In this document: positions 13,787 through 27,311 of the stretch, piece by piece
How the letters are laid out: every line of letters begins with the position of its first letter
Position numbering within the stretch: the first letter of the stretch is position 1
Assembly: GCF_018350175.1 (NCBI RefSeq)
Contig: NC_058368.1
Span: 144,648,001-144,712,000, forward strand
Length of the DNA stretch: 64,000 nucleotides
Source: Felis catus
Lineage: Eukaryota
Direction: 5' to 3'
Translations under genes and position numbers: made by a program
The notes under the pieces: generated by a model
What the model was told of the DNA's origin: nothing
The model's input: only the letters and a program-made list of their open reading frames with translations
Database searches by the model: none

Positions 13787-14426
13787 TTATATTTATATTT
13801 TTACAATCATGTCAAAATGATTAGAGGGTGAAGTAGGAAGTAACACCTAGATATAACCATCCCTGATGGGATGCCATCATTCATGAAATCTCTTTGTGAA
13901 AAGAAGCCATCATGGAGTATATGAGAAAGAAACAGAAATCAGAAGGATTATTTAGTAACCCTGAAAATTACAAAGATGTTCCTGTTAATTCATTTCTTAA
14001 TTTGGAAACAAACGGAATTATTTCCAACCAAGCCAGGCAATTTCAGTACTGAAAGTTTCCATGCATTTCTAAGATACGCCAGAGCAAGGGTAGCAATGGG
14101 CTCAAGAGAGCCTAGAGGGAAGTAAAGCCACGTCTAAGAAAGCAAAGGAAGGAAGAGGTGGTCTGGTAGGTCCCAGAAGGGAAGCAACAAGTGATTAAAC
14201 CTCACAAAGTGAGGAGGAGCAGAGACTGGGGCAGGCAGGTCATGCCAGGAGCACAAGCCAGCCAGTCTTAGTCACAGCAGGCAGCCCAGAGAGTGTGGAC
14301 CAGTCTGAGGACAGAGGGCAGTTGCTCTTAGCTCAGTTTTTAAGACTATCTGATTTCTCCTGTTGAAGGAGCACTTTTCCAGTCATAGAACTTGAATAAT
14401 CCCATTTCCTTTAAAATTTTTTATCT

Positions 14427-14640
14427 GGAGCGTCCAACTTCGGCTCAGGTCATGATCTCACAGTTTGTGGGTTCAAGCCCTGCGTCGAGCTGTATGGTGA
14501 CAGCTTGCAGTCTGGAGTTTACTTTGGATTCTGTGTCTCCCTGTCTCTCTGCCCCTCCCCTAATCACGCTCTGTCTGTCTCACCAAAAATAAATAAAATG
14601 TTTAAAAACTTTTTTAAATAAAAAAATAAAATTAGATAAA
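14427..14640 (+). mobile_element. 5'-truncated CanSINE
   Basis: Starts mid-head (gagcgtccaacttcggctcagg); flanked by tttatctgg repeats. Confidence 0.85.
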
Positions 14641-16189
14641 TAAAATTTATCTGGTGTTGTTAGTATAAACGCACAAATATTAAACAGATCATGCTGACTG
14701 GGAGATGTGAGAGAAACCCAGTATCCTGGAGTGGGCATCAAAGCGCTGAAGCTGTCAGGAGACTAGAAGCAACTCCATCCAGTATTGGAGCTGGACCAGA
14801 GTTTTCACATCTAAGGGAAAATATGTGAACATACCTCCCAGTGAATACAAGTTGTGGTTGAGAGAGATAAAGACATATCGCACTGTAGTTAGAGGTAGCC
14901 CAGGCATGAGATATTTATATGCAATCAAGCTGTGTAACAGTGAGATGTAAACATGAAATGTATTTAAACATATATTACCTTTATACAGTAAACTGGACGC
15001 TTCCAATGATGAACCATCTCTGCCCCACACGGTCTCACAGGGATTACTTTATGAGGAAGAAACTTAATTGGCATACATAGTTTGTTGTCTTCTTTGTGAA
15101 TAAAACCCTCGGCTTGAGACTTTTCTGTTTCTAAATACTGCTCCCCCTGTGACATTGTATGGACTTGCTGTTCTGAATCTATGTGGCAGAGAGTTTTTGG
15201 TAGACAACTAACATGCCATGAAAGGAAAAGAAACAAAGACTGGCTTCATAGGTAGTCAGCTGGAATGGGTCAGGTCATGAAAAGGTGACCCACAAACATC
15301 ACAAAGCCCCGAGCAGCATCAATAGGCACTTGTGAGAGGAGAAAATGTTAGATAATTTAACCAGACCAGATGTATCTTGGAACATTAACATGAGATCACT
15401 GAGGAAAGGAACATTTGATAGAAGCTAACTACTTTCTTGACCACTTCTTTCCAAGGAAAGAATATTACCCAGCCTCATTAAAAAATATCTTTTCCATGGG
15501 TACACATAGTTATGTGGCCACCGATCTCTCTCCAGGAACCCAGACTACCCTGGAAAGAATGACATAAGCTTTGGGAAATAGTCACTTTTATCCCGTATGT
15601 GTAATCCTTAGGTAGGATTTAATAATCTTTGGAGAAAGACTTGTGTTTGCTTATTTTTTCATCACCTCAATCTGCCTTTTATCGTATTATGAATATTTCT
15701 TTTTGATTGCAAATGATATGGCTCATTGCTAAGAAGAGGACCACCACTCCTAGAATCTAGAAGGAATCTTCTCCTTGGTAAACAGTCCTTTGCTCCTCTG
15801 CTAAACAGCCAAGAGCTTTTGTAAGAGAGGAAAAGAGAGGAAAGAGACTGGACATTTCTGGATGTGTGTTCTACGCTGGAGCCTTGAAGAGGTGTCTTTA
15901 TAAGTCTGCCTAAGATAAGCAAGAGCAACAGGACAGCACAGCTGACCAAACCCTGGGCAAGTCAGTCAGTTCCCTTGAGCTTTGGTTTCCTTATCTGTAA
16001 AATGGACCTCATAATGCTTACCTCAAAGGGATCTCATATGACACAAGAGAGAGTGTTTGTCAGATGGTTAACGCACGGCTGGCATGTAGCGTGTATATGG
16101 TACCCTATCTCTGTTGCTTTTGTATTTTTGAGGGTTGTAGTTCTGTTTTCATCAATTCGGAACACAACAGAACATCACATCATGATTTA

Positions 16190-16422
16190 TTTTAGTTTTT
16201 AAGTTTATTTATTTATTTTGAGAGAGAGAGAGAGAGAGCGAAAGAGAGTGCAAGCATGTGCAAGCAGGGGAGGGGCAGAGAGGGAGAGGGATAATCTCAA
16301 GCAGGCTCCACACGGTCAGCACAGAGCCTGACATGGAGCTCGAAGTCATGAAACTTGAGATCATGACCTGAGCCAAGATCAAGAGTCAGACGCTTAAGCA
16401 ACTGAGCTACTGAGGTGCCCCC
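16190..16422 (-). mobile_element. CanSINE
   Basis: T-rich tail, GA tract, reverse head. Confidence 0.9.
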
Positions 16423-17056
16423 ATTATTTCTTTTAAAACTACCTTCCTACAGCAGACAGGCTACATGGTTTGGGACTGTTTAAATATTTCAGTATTTTTA
16501 ATATGTGATTGTGTCTTCATTTTGGAAGGCTTAAAATGCTTGGCCCAGATGGTAAGTTATATAATCAGTATAATTCTCCTGGACTCTGAACTTCTGTTGG
16601 ACATGAAATGTCACTCCCACTCTGAAACCCGCACCCACTTCAGGATTCATTAACTTATGTATTTATTCAGTCATTCATCACTGAAAAAAAATACTGAGAG
16701 CTGAATAACTCTGTGTGTGGGGATATAGCACCAAATGCATCTTGGGAAAGTCCATCTGGGAATCAAGGGAAAAGAGTTTACCTGCTGGCTTCTGCTTTGC
16801 ACTGTTCATATTCTTGCCAACCAGGAACTTCTCTGAGCTTCTGTCTACATGTGCACGGGGAGGGGGTCCTCTGCCTCTTCTGCCTCAGCATCAGCACGGA
16901 AGGGCCAGGGTGGGAGCTAGAGGAGTGTGGATGAGGCACTCAGGCCCATTGGAATCTCTGACTGATGGGATCGCAGGATACTTGAACTCACAGCCTGGAT
17001 CCTCTCGGTAGTGCAGAGCACACCAGCTCACGCTCGGGTTCACCTTGATTATGGAT

Positions 17057-17271
17057 TTTTTTTTAACGTTTATTTTTTATTTTTGAGACAGAGAGAGAGA
17101 CAGAGCATGAACGGGGGAGGGTCAGAGAGAGAGGGAGACACAGAATCTGAAACAGGCTCCAGGCTCTGAGCTGTCAGCACAGAGCCCGATGCAGGGCTCG
17201 AACTCATGGACTGTGAGATCATGACCTGAGCCGAGGTCGGACGCTCAACCGACTGAACCACCCAGGCGCCC
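17057..17271 (-). mobile_element. CanSINE
   Basis: TSD tgattatggat on both sides. Confidence 0.92.
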
Positions 17272-17547
17272 TGATTATGGATGTTTTATTTACAACCTTG
17301 TGTGTAACAAGTTGGCTCCTCAACATAAGCCAGCTCTCTCTGTGATCTTCTTATGCCTCTAACGTGTGTGTTTTTCTGTTTCCTTGACTTCCTGTCTCCA
17401 GCTTATGTCTCTGCAGGCTCCAGCTGGCAGCACAGCCTCGTGGACCCGAACCCCTCAGCTTCCCACCCAGGGAGAACCAAGTGCATGTTGTCATTTTGTT
17501 CCTGGCATGTTTCTTTCCATGGATGATACTTTGATTTCATTTTTTAG

Positions 17548-17608
17548 GGCCCTTTCACAAGATGATCAAGATGACATCCACCTAAAATTAGAGGATATAA
17601 TTCAACTG
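17548..17608 (+). CDS. RASGRF2: RASGRF2 coding exon (ALSQDDQDDIHLKLEDIIQL)
   Basis: tttttag|G acceptor, CTG|gtaagt donor; 61 bp = 1+20 codons, in frame with neighbours. Confidence 0.96.
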
Positions 17609-17915
17609 GTAAGTCCAGCCATGGTCTTATTCAGCACGATTATTTGCAAACTGCCTCTCAGAGGCAAACAACTTGCCCATAACTGATACCTGGATGCTCA
17701 ACCGTAGTTCTACCAATGAAGCACTGTGAGATGAACTAAATTCGACTTGGGGTTTAGCTGTTGGTCCATGATATTAATGTTGGCTGATGTTTCTGAGCTT
17801 TTTGCCATTTTCTTTGTAGCCCCAATCTGTGATGGACTTTGTTCTTGAGCAGCTGCCTTGAGCTGCTGGGCACCTCGCTCTCGGTGTGTTTCATTCCCAC
17901 CTTCCTCTCTTGCAG

Positions 17916-18019
17916 ACAGACTGTCCGAAGGCTGAGTGCTTTGAGACCTTGTCAGCCATGGAGCTGGCTGAGCAGATCACCCTCCTGGACCACATCATTT
18001 TCAGAAGCATTCCCTACGA
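17916..18019 (+). CDS. RASGRF2: RASGRF2 coding exon ([35 protein letters not shown]; start of CDC25 domain)
   Basis: ttgcag|ACA acceptor, GA|gtgagt donor; 104 bp; ELAEQITL RasGEF signature. Confidence 0.97.
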
Positions 18020-18314
18020 GTGAGTGTGGCCCTCACGACTGCAGGCTCCCTCAGGCAGGACTTGTGGGCTTAGAGCCGCCATTATTCCTAAGGCAGATGT
18101 GTGTGCACAGAGGTGTGAGTCTTAATCTTACAATGGTTTGGTCCCACTTGAATGCCTTTTGGTCACAGTTTATTCTAGAAATATTGATTTGGCAACACTG
18201 AGGACTATCAAGATGGTCACTCTTGTGTTTCTCTATGTTCTGTAGTTCCCGTGGAATGTGAATTTCTTCGTATTCTCACATCCTCGCATTATAGAAACCT
18301 CAATATGGCTGTAA

Positions 18315-18495
18315 CAGTGGTTCTCAAACTTCATGGTGTCTAAAATCATTTGGGAAGCTTGTTAAAAATGTACATTCCTAGATACCTCCTTCTGAGATTT
18401 GTGATTCTAGGAGGTTTGAGGCCCAGGAAACTGCATTTTCAATGGGAATCCCAGACAATATTGCGTGATCTAAGACAATACGTTGAGAAGCACCG
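18315..18495. mobile_element. MER5-type hAT-Charlie non-autonomous DNA transposon
   Basis: Terminal inverted repeats cagtggttctcaa / ttgagaagcaccg, about 180 bp; similar decayed copies near 5870-5960, 9285-9400 and 45110-45220. Confidence 0.75.
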
Positions 18496-19834
18496 ATGTT
18501 GGGTGAAGTTATACATTTTGCTACAACTATTCACCCACTTCCACGAGCCAACAAGTATTGCTGAGCTTTGAGACGCTGCAGCAGCGTAGATTCCCAAGAC
18601 AGCTTTGCACGGGGTGCATGTGGAGCATAGACGTGCCGCATGAGCTGCCAAGTAATGAGCACCAGTATCACTGCTGCCCTTTAATCTTCCCATGTAGCGG
18701 ATGAAGAGGGCCTTTAGACCCCTTCAAGCTGTAACAATCCGTAGCTCCACAAACAAGGCCTTTGTCTGGACAAATGACAACTGTTGGCACATGTCCTCTG
18801 TGAAATAGCTAAATTGCCGGTAAAGCAGGGGCTGGGCATGAGATATGAACGGTGACCCATGTTGTACGTAGAAAAGAGGACATCGTGATGATGGAGAGTC
18901 AGGTATGGCGATGGGTGGTCAGAGCTGCAGCTGTGTCAGAGAGGCATAAGGGGTGAGGCCAGGAGATGCCCCTGCAGACTTTTCTTTTATGCATTTTATC
19001 TTCTTCCCCTCCCCCCCTCTCTACCCAGGAACAAGCGGGGCAGGGGATGGAGGGAAGGAATGTGGCCTGTTGGCTCTACAAATGAACCCAGTGACTACTG
19101 GAGTGAAGACTTGAGTTAGAAACCACAGTGCCTCTCCCCCCACCCCCACCCCCACCTCCTCACTCCCCTCTAGTGCAGTGGGGATTTGGTGGGGAGATGA
19201 ACATGACCTCTGTGGAGGAAGAGAAAGAGAAAGGCTGAACACCCATGGGTGGTCTCTTTCTGGGACCCTTCCTCTCTTCTCCTCTCTGTCCCTACCCTGC
19301 TGATGGGAACATCTACCAATTATTTTTGTCTGTGGAACTGGCACACCTTTATGTCCAACAGCCTTGCAGGAACATGAAGGAACAAAGAACCCTTTGCAGG
19401 GACTCAGCCAACATTTCTGGATTAAGACTGTGTCAGAGTAATTGCATTTCAGGTTATTTTTTGTAATGCCTATACAAAATAATCCCTGTATGCTCCAGCT
19501 TGATTGTCCCTTGCTTGCTGTGATCTGGTGGCCTGCTCATGGGTGAAGTGAAGGAGCAGGGATGTTATTCTGAAGAAAGACCTTCCACCAGGCTGAGCTC
19601 CCACCCCTGTAACTGCCTTCACTACATGAAGTGGTAACAGCAGTGTTTGTTTATTCAGCCTTTACCATGTGTACCGTTCTGGGCTCTGGGGAGAATAAAG
19701 GAAAATCCCTGCCCATGGAATTGACATTGTCCTGGAGAATATCAGAGCAAAGTGGAGGAAAACATGTTGTTCTTTGTTAACGTTTTTGGTGGTGATGGAT
19801 TTTTTTGGACCTTCTGCTAAGGCTTAAGATTTTT

Positions 19835-20075
19835 CATTTATTTATTTATTTATTTGTTTGTTTGTTTGTTTGTTTATGTTTATTTATTTTTGAGAGAGAG
19901 AGAGACAGAGCTTGAGTGGGGAGGAACAGAGGGAGAGGGAGACAGAATATGAAACAGGCTCCAGGCTCTGAGCTGTCAGCACAGAGACCTTTGTGGGGCT
20001 CGAAGTCATGAACTGTGAGATCATGACCTGAGCTGAAGTTAGATGCTTAACTTGACTGAGCCACCTAGGCTCCCC
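19835..20075 (-). mobile_element. CanSINE with (TTTA)n(TTTG)n tail
   Basis: TSD aaggcttaagattttt 19819-19834 / 20076-20091. Confidence 0.92.
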
Positions 20076-20430
20076 AAGGCTTAAGATTTTTTAAAGCTGA
20101 TCCAGTGAAAATAGTCTTGGTTTCTGAATTAGTACTTTATTCCTTCTGTGTTGGCCATTGTATACCACTTTCAGAGAAGTTTTTATAATGATCGTAATCC
20201 TTACAAAGTTCAAACTCTTCTAAGAAAAAGGTGGAAATTGAAAAATCTTTTTCTTTTGACATCGAGTGGTAAAATGCTAGAGATGAGCAAAAATTCATTT
20301 GAGTCGGTAAGGAGCACTAGATGTTGGGCAATGTCAAAGTTAATGTATATAATAATCATACTCATTGTTCAGGATCATAGCCACCATTTAAGAAACTAAA
20401 TTGGTCTTGTGTTCTGTTTTGAACTTACAG

Positions 20431-20515
20431 AGAATTTCTTGGGCAGGGGTGGATGAAGCTGGATAAAAATGAAAGAACACCTTACATTATGAAAACCAGC
20501 CAGCACTTCAATGAT
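20431..20515 (+). CDS. RASGRF2: RASGRF2 coding exon ([28 protein letters not shown])
   Basis: ttacag|A acceptor, GAT|gtgagt donor; 85 bp = 1+28 codons. Confidence 0.97.
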
Positions 20516-21639
20516 GTGAGTAGCCATAAAAATAAAATGTGGGCATGTTGTAGGAAGATGAGTCAGGGTCTTAAGACTCCTTCTCTAAAACAGAACTGAT
20601 GAAATGTTAAAAAAAAAAAAAAAAAAGCTTATATCTTCTCTAAGAGCTCCAAGTTTAATAAGTTCCATTTAACTTCCAGACATGAGGTTCACTCTTGGTG
20701 GTACCTAAGTCTGGCAAGTGCTCAATAATGCATAGGTCGCTGCTATTATTTTAGCATAATCATCATTACTTCATGGTCATACACTGACTAGTTCTAATAG
20801 CACATGTGTCACTGGTTCCCAGGGGTGCTCGTGACAGTAAGATTGGGTTAGTACAGATCACCCTCATTATTACTAAACATTCAGCACATACGCATTCCAG
20901 GCTTGGAAGGGACCCCTTTGAGCATAATTACAGTGTTGCTGTAGCTGTGCACACTGCTGACCAGCTGTCAGTCCATCTCCCGGCTCTGCTTTTCTCCAGC
21001 AGTAAGATGGCCTTGCTGTTAAACCCACCAACTCCTAACTCCTAACTGGTTCTGTTCTAATCATCTCAGTCCTTTTGCAGAACCACATATGTGGGAGTAT
21101 CTTCAGGCTTACCTAGGCAAAGGGAAGGCTCCCTTTCCAGTTCTACTAGATTACAGTAAAAGGAATAATGATGATGTTAAAAAAAAAAAAAAAGAAGAAG
21201 AAGACTATCAGGATCCCTGTAGGTAAATTAATAAGTCATCCAGAATCAAAATGCAAAACAACAACAAATTCCCGAGATGGTATTTTGCACAGGGTACATG
21301 CAGACTGCATATACGCTGAGTGAATGTTATCTCATGATGAGCATCCGTGGCCCTGGTGCCTAAAGGACAGGACACATGGCCCCTGTAGGCTACTGTCTGA
21401 GAAGCAGAGCCCCTGCTGTAGAAAACAAGCCTGTATTGTCTGTGCCTACATACACTTGGGATATAATGAACAATCAAATCAGAAGTTCATTCCCAGGCTC
21501 CAGACTCTCATGTGTCTACCAGGATGGCCACTCATTTTGTGCCTTCAACAGATTGCAAATGGAACTTATCATTCATTGGTACCTCCCAGACCTGCCAAGC
21601 CTACTTCTACATCTGATGCTTTATTCTTAGTCTTGGGTA

Positions 21640-22440
21640 GTGGCCAAGACCACACGCTCACTCATCCAAGCATAGAATCTAGAGGTCATCTTTGACTCCT
21701 TCTCTGCTACCCATCCCATCTCACTCCCGAACATATTAGTGAACCCTAAATCTACATATTTCCCAGATCCTTCTTTTCCCCTTCTTTCCCACTGCCATGA
21801 CCATGATTTGATTTTTCATCATTTTCTTTAGGAGCTCCTAACTCACTATCGCCCCTGCCATCTCCTTGTCCCCCAAGTCCCTTCTTCATACAGTGTCACA
21901 GAAGTTACCTTTCTGGAAGACCAATCTAATTATACCATTTTCATAACAAAATTCTGCCAGTGGCTTCCTCTCACCTTCAGCATACAGTCCCAGCTGCTCA
22001 ACCAGGCCTACAGGAGCCCTGCTTACCTGGCGTCTGTGCCTCTCATGGCTTCCTTGTGCTCAGATGCCTGCAAGATCCTCTGTTACACCGTGCCTTCTAC
22101 CTCTGTCCCTTTCCAAATGCTCTTCTCCTTTGATGGAAAGCAGTGGCTAACTCCTGGTCAGCCTTTAGGACTCTGTGCAGGCATGACCTGTTTCTGGAAG
22201 CCTCCTCTGTACTTGGCCAAATGCCCCATGCTACCTCCATGTTCTCAAACTCCTCCATGCAGACCTAGCTTTGTATTTCACTATGTGATATTTACTTGTT
22301 TATGTCTGTCTCCCTTCACCTTGCTGCCTAACTAGGCTCAGTGCCTTGAGATCAGGTATTCTCATTTATTTGGTCCTGTTTTGAGAACCTAAAAGAAGGC
22401 CTTGTCTAGGAGCTCAGTACAAAAATTTTTTTAATGAATA
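21640..22440. mobile_element. Decayed L2 3' fragment
   Basis: Pyrimidine-rich L2-like motifs (gtcatctttgactccttctct, cagtggcttcctctcacc, ending in tgaata-type tail). Confidence 0.6.
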
Positions 22441-23277
22441 TATACAATGATAATTCTGAGGCACTGTGAGATCTAACATACCTATGGAATGGTCAAAGAA
22501 TGGGTATACCCACTAGATTAAGTGTATGGATATAAGATTACATATCCTATGTTCTCTGTTAGTCATCAGTCCTAAGCTGTTCTTTTCCTTTCCATATTCT
22601 AAATATTGAGCTGCTTCAGCTGCTGCCTCTTTTTCTCTTGGTTTCAATTAATAGAATTACAGTACTTAGCCTTGAAACTGTAAGTCCTGTTAACTCTGAT
22701 GGAAACAAGTCCAGCGAGATAAAAAGGAATAAATGTTCTCTCTTCCCCTCTCCCTAAATGTGTCTGGCTTCAAAGTGTATTGGGTTAGAATTTGATTTGA
22801 TTGGGGGTAAATGTGTTTTCTTTCCCGTGATAACTGGAGCTTCCTGGTCCCCACATGTTGGGGGCGAAGGAGCATGTGGAGAGCACCCCCCCCCAAAAGT
22901 GAAACTTTTCGCTTCGTAATCAGCGAAGCTTGCCATTCCTCAAGGGTCAGCTTATTCTATTTCATTTCCTCAATTACTGGAAATAACTCCTTCATCAAAA
23001 TTACTGATTAAAAAAGCGATCCTTTCCTCCCAACATGTTGATTCCAAACAACCCCTCCTGTTCACTCTGAGGATGAACAGGTTCCCATTAGTTTCTTGTT
23101 GTTATTATTACTATACACTTCAGTCTTTTCAGAAGATTGGTATCTAAATACGGATTGTGATCTCCCTGTCCCTCAGCACCCTGCTTTCCTGACATTTCCG
23201 TGGGTAGATTAGGCACTTTGCCTGAATGCATTGCTTTGACTCTTGGCTGGTCTCTCTTGGCTTTTCCACTGTCTCAG

Positions 23278-23475
23278 ATGAGCAACCTGGTGGCCTCCCA
23301 GATAATGAATTATGCCGATATCAGCTCCCGTGCCAACGCAATAGAGAAGTGGGTGGCAGTGGCGGACATTTGCCGATGCCTGCACAACTACAATGGCGTG
23401 CTGGAGATCACCTCGGCCTTAAACCGAAGTGCCATCTATAGGCTGAAGAAAACCTGGGCCAAGGTGTCCAAGCAG
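23278..23475 (+). CDS. RASGRF2: RASGRF2 coding exon ([12 protein letters not shown]...[32 protein letters not shown])
   Basis: tctcag|ATG acceptor, CAG|gtgagc donor; 198 bp; CDC25 signature NYN...ITSAL...IYRLKKTW. Confidence 0.98.
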
Positions 23476-24479
23476 GTGAGCACCAGCGTGTGACACATCC
23501 CGCTGCCGAGAGGAGAGGCTGGGAGCCAAGAGCCAAGAGAAATATTACTAATGAGGAAATAATTAACTGAATCGAGCAGCTCAGTTGCCAAAGAAAGGTG
23601 CCAGTGCGGGTAATTACTGCGTTCTTACCACTTAATTGATTCCACTCATGTGCACTTCTAATTGGTTAATTTAGAAAAGCAAATACAACCCAAAACATTC
23701 ATTATAACATATTTGGGACAACTTCAAACAGTGTAGTTGACTGGAGTTGTTTCCAAAATTATTTGGAGAACATACGTTGATTCCGAGTGAACACAGAGAT
23801 GTCCTGCAGATCCATTCTTTCTCCCCAAAGCAAGGGTATGACTGCCTTAGGACCTCAATGTTCACTTTTTTTGGTTTGTCCTTTATATAGTAAAGTTTTG
23901 GCATAATGACTCAGATGTACAGAAAACCCTCTTAATTTTCTTTTAACTGGATTCAGTTTGTTCATTTTCATTCAGTATTTTCAATGTGCAAATTAAATCA
24001 GTTTCTTCCGTGCCCTGTCTCCTGGCTTTCTCCCTGGGTGTTGGTGGGTGTTGGGAAGGGCTCCTCCGGGCTTGAGGGAGGCTGTGTGCACCCACCTATT
24101 GTAGCCTTCTGCTAGCCGGTCACTGGGTTCGGGCTGCCGTGAATTGCCTATGTCAGGTGTATGTATGGTCTGCCTGGTCTGCCCATCAAAGGGGCGCAGC
24201 AATTGAGGGCTTAGCTGAGCTCACCTGCCCTTCAGCTCTCACTGGCTCTGCTGGTCCTTTGAAATCGGGTGTGTCCTTCCTTTCCTACAGGGTTCCCTGC
24301 CCTTGGTGATCCGTGGTGGGCAGGCTTACTCCTTTATTAGCAGACAGCTACCTTGGGCCTCTCAAAGGGCGTTGGGAGAATTTTCCAGACTCCTCCACAT
24401 CCTACTGGTGCCAGAGGCAAATTCTTTTGCTGTCAACAAAGCCTGGACCTTGCAAATAAAAGCCACAGCTTCTATAAGT

Positions 24480-26440
24480 ACTGTTTTTAAAAAAAACACT
24501 TTATATGTTGAGATCATTGTAGGTTCACATACAGTTTGTAAAAGATAATGGAAATGCCCTACACCCTACACCAATTGCCCCCCGATGTAAACTCTTGTGT
24601 AAGTATAAACATATCCCACCCACGAGGTTAGCATTGGAAACGTCCACTCACCTCCTTCAAACCATCAGTTTTGCATACACTCATTTGTGTCTGTGTGTAT
24701 TTACATTTATGCCCTTTTATTACCACAGTAGTCAAGATCAACACAGTTTTGGTACCAGGATCCCTCCTGCGACCCTTTTATAGCCATAGCTGCTTCCTCC
24801 CTGCCCCTCCCTAACTCCTGGCGACCAAAAATCTGTTTTCCATCTCTATAAAATTTCGTCATTATATATAAGTGGAATCATACAGTATATGACATTTTGA
24901 GATTGCCCTTTTAAAAATTCCCGTGAGATCCATTCATGGTGTTACATGTATCAGTATTTAGTTTCTTTTTAATGCTAAGTGGTACTCATGGTATAAATAC
25001 AGGACGTTTTAGCCATTCACCCCTTGAAGAACATCTGGATTGTTTTCGGGTTGGGGCTATTACAAATAAAACTGCTGTGCATATTCATGTATAGGTTTTG
25101 TGTGACTATAACTTTTTGTTTCTCTGGGATAAATGCCTAAGAGTGCAGTTGCTGGATCATATGGTTATTGTGTGTTTAGTTTTATAAGAAACTGTCAAAT
25201 TCTTTTCCAGAGTGGCTGCGCCACTTTATACTTCTATCGGCCAAGTATGAGTGAGCTAGTTTCTCCAAATTCTTGCCCACATTTGGTGTTATCACAGTTT
25301 TTTATTTTAGCCCTTTTGATATCTCATTATTGTTTTAATTTGCATTTTCCTAATGGCTAATGTTGTTAAACATCTTTCCATATGCTAGTTTACCATCTGT
25401 TTATTCTCTTCAATGAAATGTCTGCAGCTTATTTTTTGATTGGATTTTTTTCTCACCTTTGAGATCTGAGAGTTCTTTCTCTATTCCTCCCACTTTATCC
25501 TTCCGTTTCAAAATTATTTTAGCTACTCTAGGTGCTATGACTTTCCATATAAATTTTAGTAAAAAAAAATTATGTCTAAAAAAACTGTATTGAGATTTTT
25601 TTTTAATATTTATTTATTTTGAGAGAGAAAGAGTGAGATCAAGTATGGGAGGGGCAGAGAGAGGGGGGGGGAAAGAATCCCAAGCAGGCTCCGCCCTGTC
25701 TGCACAGAGCCCAGTTCATGAACCGTGAGATCGTGATCTGAGCCAAAATCAAGAGTCAGACACTTAATCACCTGTGCCACCCAGTGCCCCTTTATTGACA
25801 TTTTTATTGAAATTTCATTAAACCAATGTTGAGTCTTATTACTATGTTGAATTTTCCAGTCCACAAACACAGTATGTTTCTCCATTTCTTCAGGCTTTCT
25901 TAAACCAGCGTTTTGAAATTTTCAGCATGCAAAGTCCTGTATATGTTTTGTTAGATTTATGCCTAAATATTTCATTTTCTGTGGGGAAATTTTAAATATT
26001 ACTGTGGTTTTATTTTTGGTTTCCACATGTTCATTGTTAGTATATACAAATGTGATTTTTTTTTTTTTTTTATGTTGGTGATGTATCTGCAACCTTGCTA
26101 AACTCACTAATTAGTCTTAGGAGCTTTTTTGTAGATGCCTTCGGATTTTCTATATAGACAATTGTCACTTGTAAATAGGATCTGTCTTATTTCTTTCTTT
26201 CTAATTCATATGCCTTTTATTTCCTTTTCTTGCCTTATTGCTCTGGCTAAACTTCCAATACTATGTTGAATTAGGGTGGTGAGAAAAGACATACTTTCCT
26301 TGTCTTCATCCTTGTGGGGAAAACATTCAGTTTTTCACCATTGTGGATAATGCTAGCTGTAGGTGTTTTGTAAATGCTTTTTATAAAATTGAGGAAACTA
26401 TCCTCTCTTCCTAGTTTTTTTGAGAGATTTCTGTTATCAT
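24480..26440 (-). mobile_element. Old L1 (L1M-type) fragment, 3' UTR plus decayed ORF2, with nested CanSINE at about 25597-25790
   Basis: L1 antisense motifs (gtggaatcatacagtat, gagtgcagttgctggatcatatgg, aatttgcattttcctaatggctaat, cttccaatactatgttgaat). Confidence 0.85.
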
Positions 26441-26735
26441 GGCTGTTGAAATACTGTTTTTAAAACGGGTTTCAGACAGCTGTATCAGAATCGAAAAGCT
26501 GGACACTGATGCCCTTGTTGTGGCTAGCTTTTGCCTCCCCCTAAGACAATGTTGGCCTCAGCCATTGGGCATTAGACACAAAGAGCATATTATCCTGTCA
26601 CACACATTGTCACATTTCCTCGAGGTCAGTAAGTCACTCCTCTGCCTTCTCTTTCATTCACTTTCCCCTATTTCTTTTTCATCTGAAGTTGGTACCAAGG
26701 GATTCTTAAATCTTCTTTAAGAAAACATTAGGCCT

Positions 26736-27311
26736 ATGATTCAGCAGTGGCCCTACTAGGTATTTACCCAAAGGATACAAAAATACTGCTTCGGAGGGAT
26801 ACATACACTCTGATGTTTATGGCAGCGTTATCTACAATAGCCAAATTATGGAAAGAGCCCAGATGTCCATCAACTGATGAATAGAAAAAGAAGATGTGGT
26901 ATATTTATATATAATATTAGCCATAGAAAAGAATGGAATGTTGCCATTTGCAAGACATGGGTGGAGCTAGAGAGTATTATGCCAAGCAAAATAAGTCAGT
27001 CAGAGAAAGACAAATACTGAATGATTTCACTCATATGTGGAATTTAAGAAACAAAACAGATGAATATGGGGAGGGGGCGGGAAGAGAAAGGCAAAGAGAA
27101 AACAGACTAAACTACAGAAAACAAATTGAGAGGGTTACTAGAGAAAAGGTGGGCGGGTGGAGGTGGGTTAAACGGGTGATGGGTATTAAGGAAGGCACTT
27201 GTGATGAGCACTGGGTGTTGTGTATAAGTGATGAATCACTGAATTCTACCTCTGAAACTGATATTATACTTTACGTTAACTAACTGGAATTTAAAAACTT
27301 GAGAGAAAAAG
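26736..27311 (+). mobile_element. 5'-truncated carnivore L1 (end of ORF2 plus 3' UTR)
   Basis: ctactaggtatttacccaaag...gatgaatcactgaattctacctctgaaact; TSD aagaaaacattaggcct 26719-26735 / aaggaaacgttaggcct 27312-27328. Confidence 0.88.

Noticed and set aside
26933..27283. 116 aa ORF (also 46642 and 47344)
   Set aside because: Decayed L1 ORF2 end / 3' UTR sequence, not a host gene
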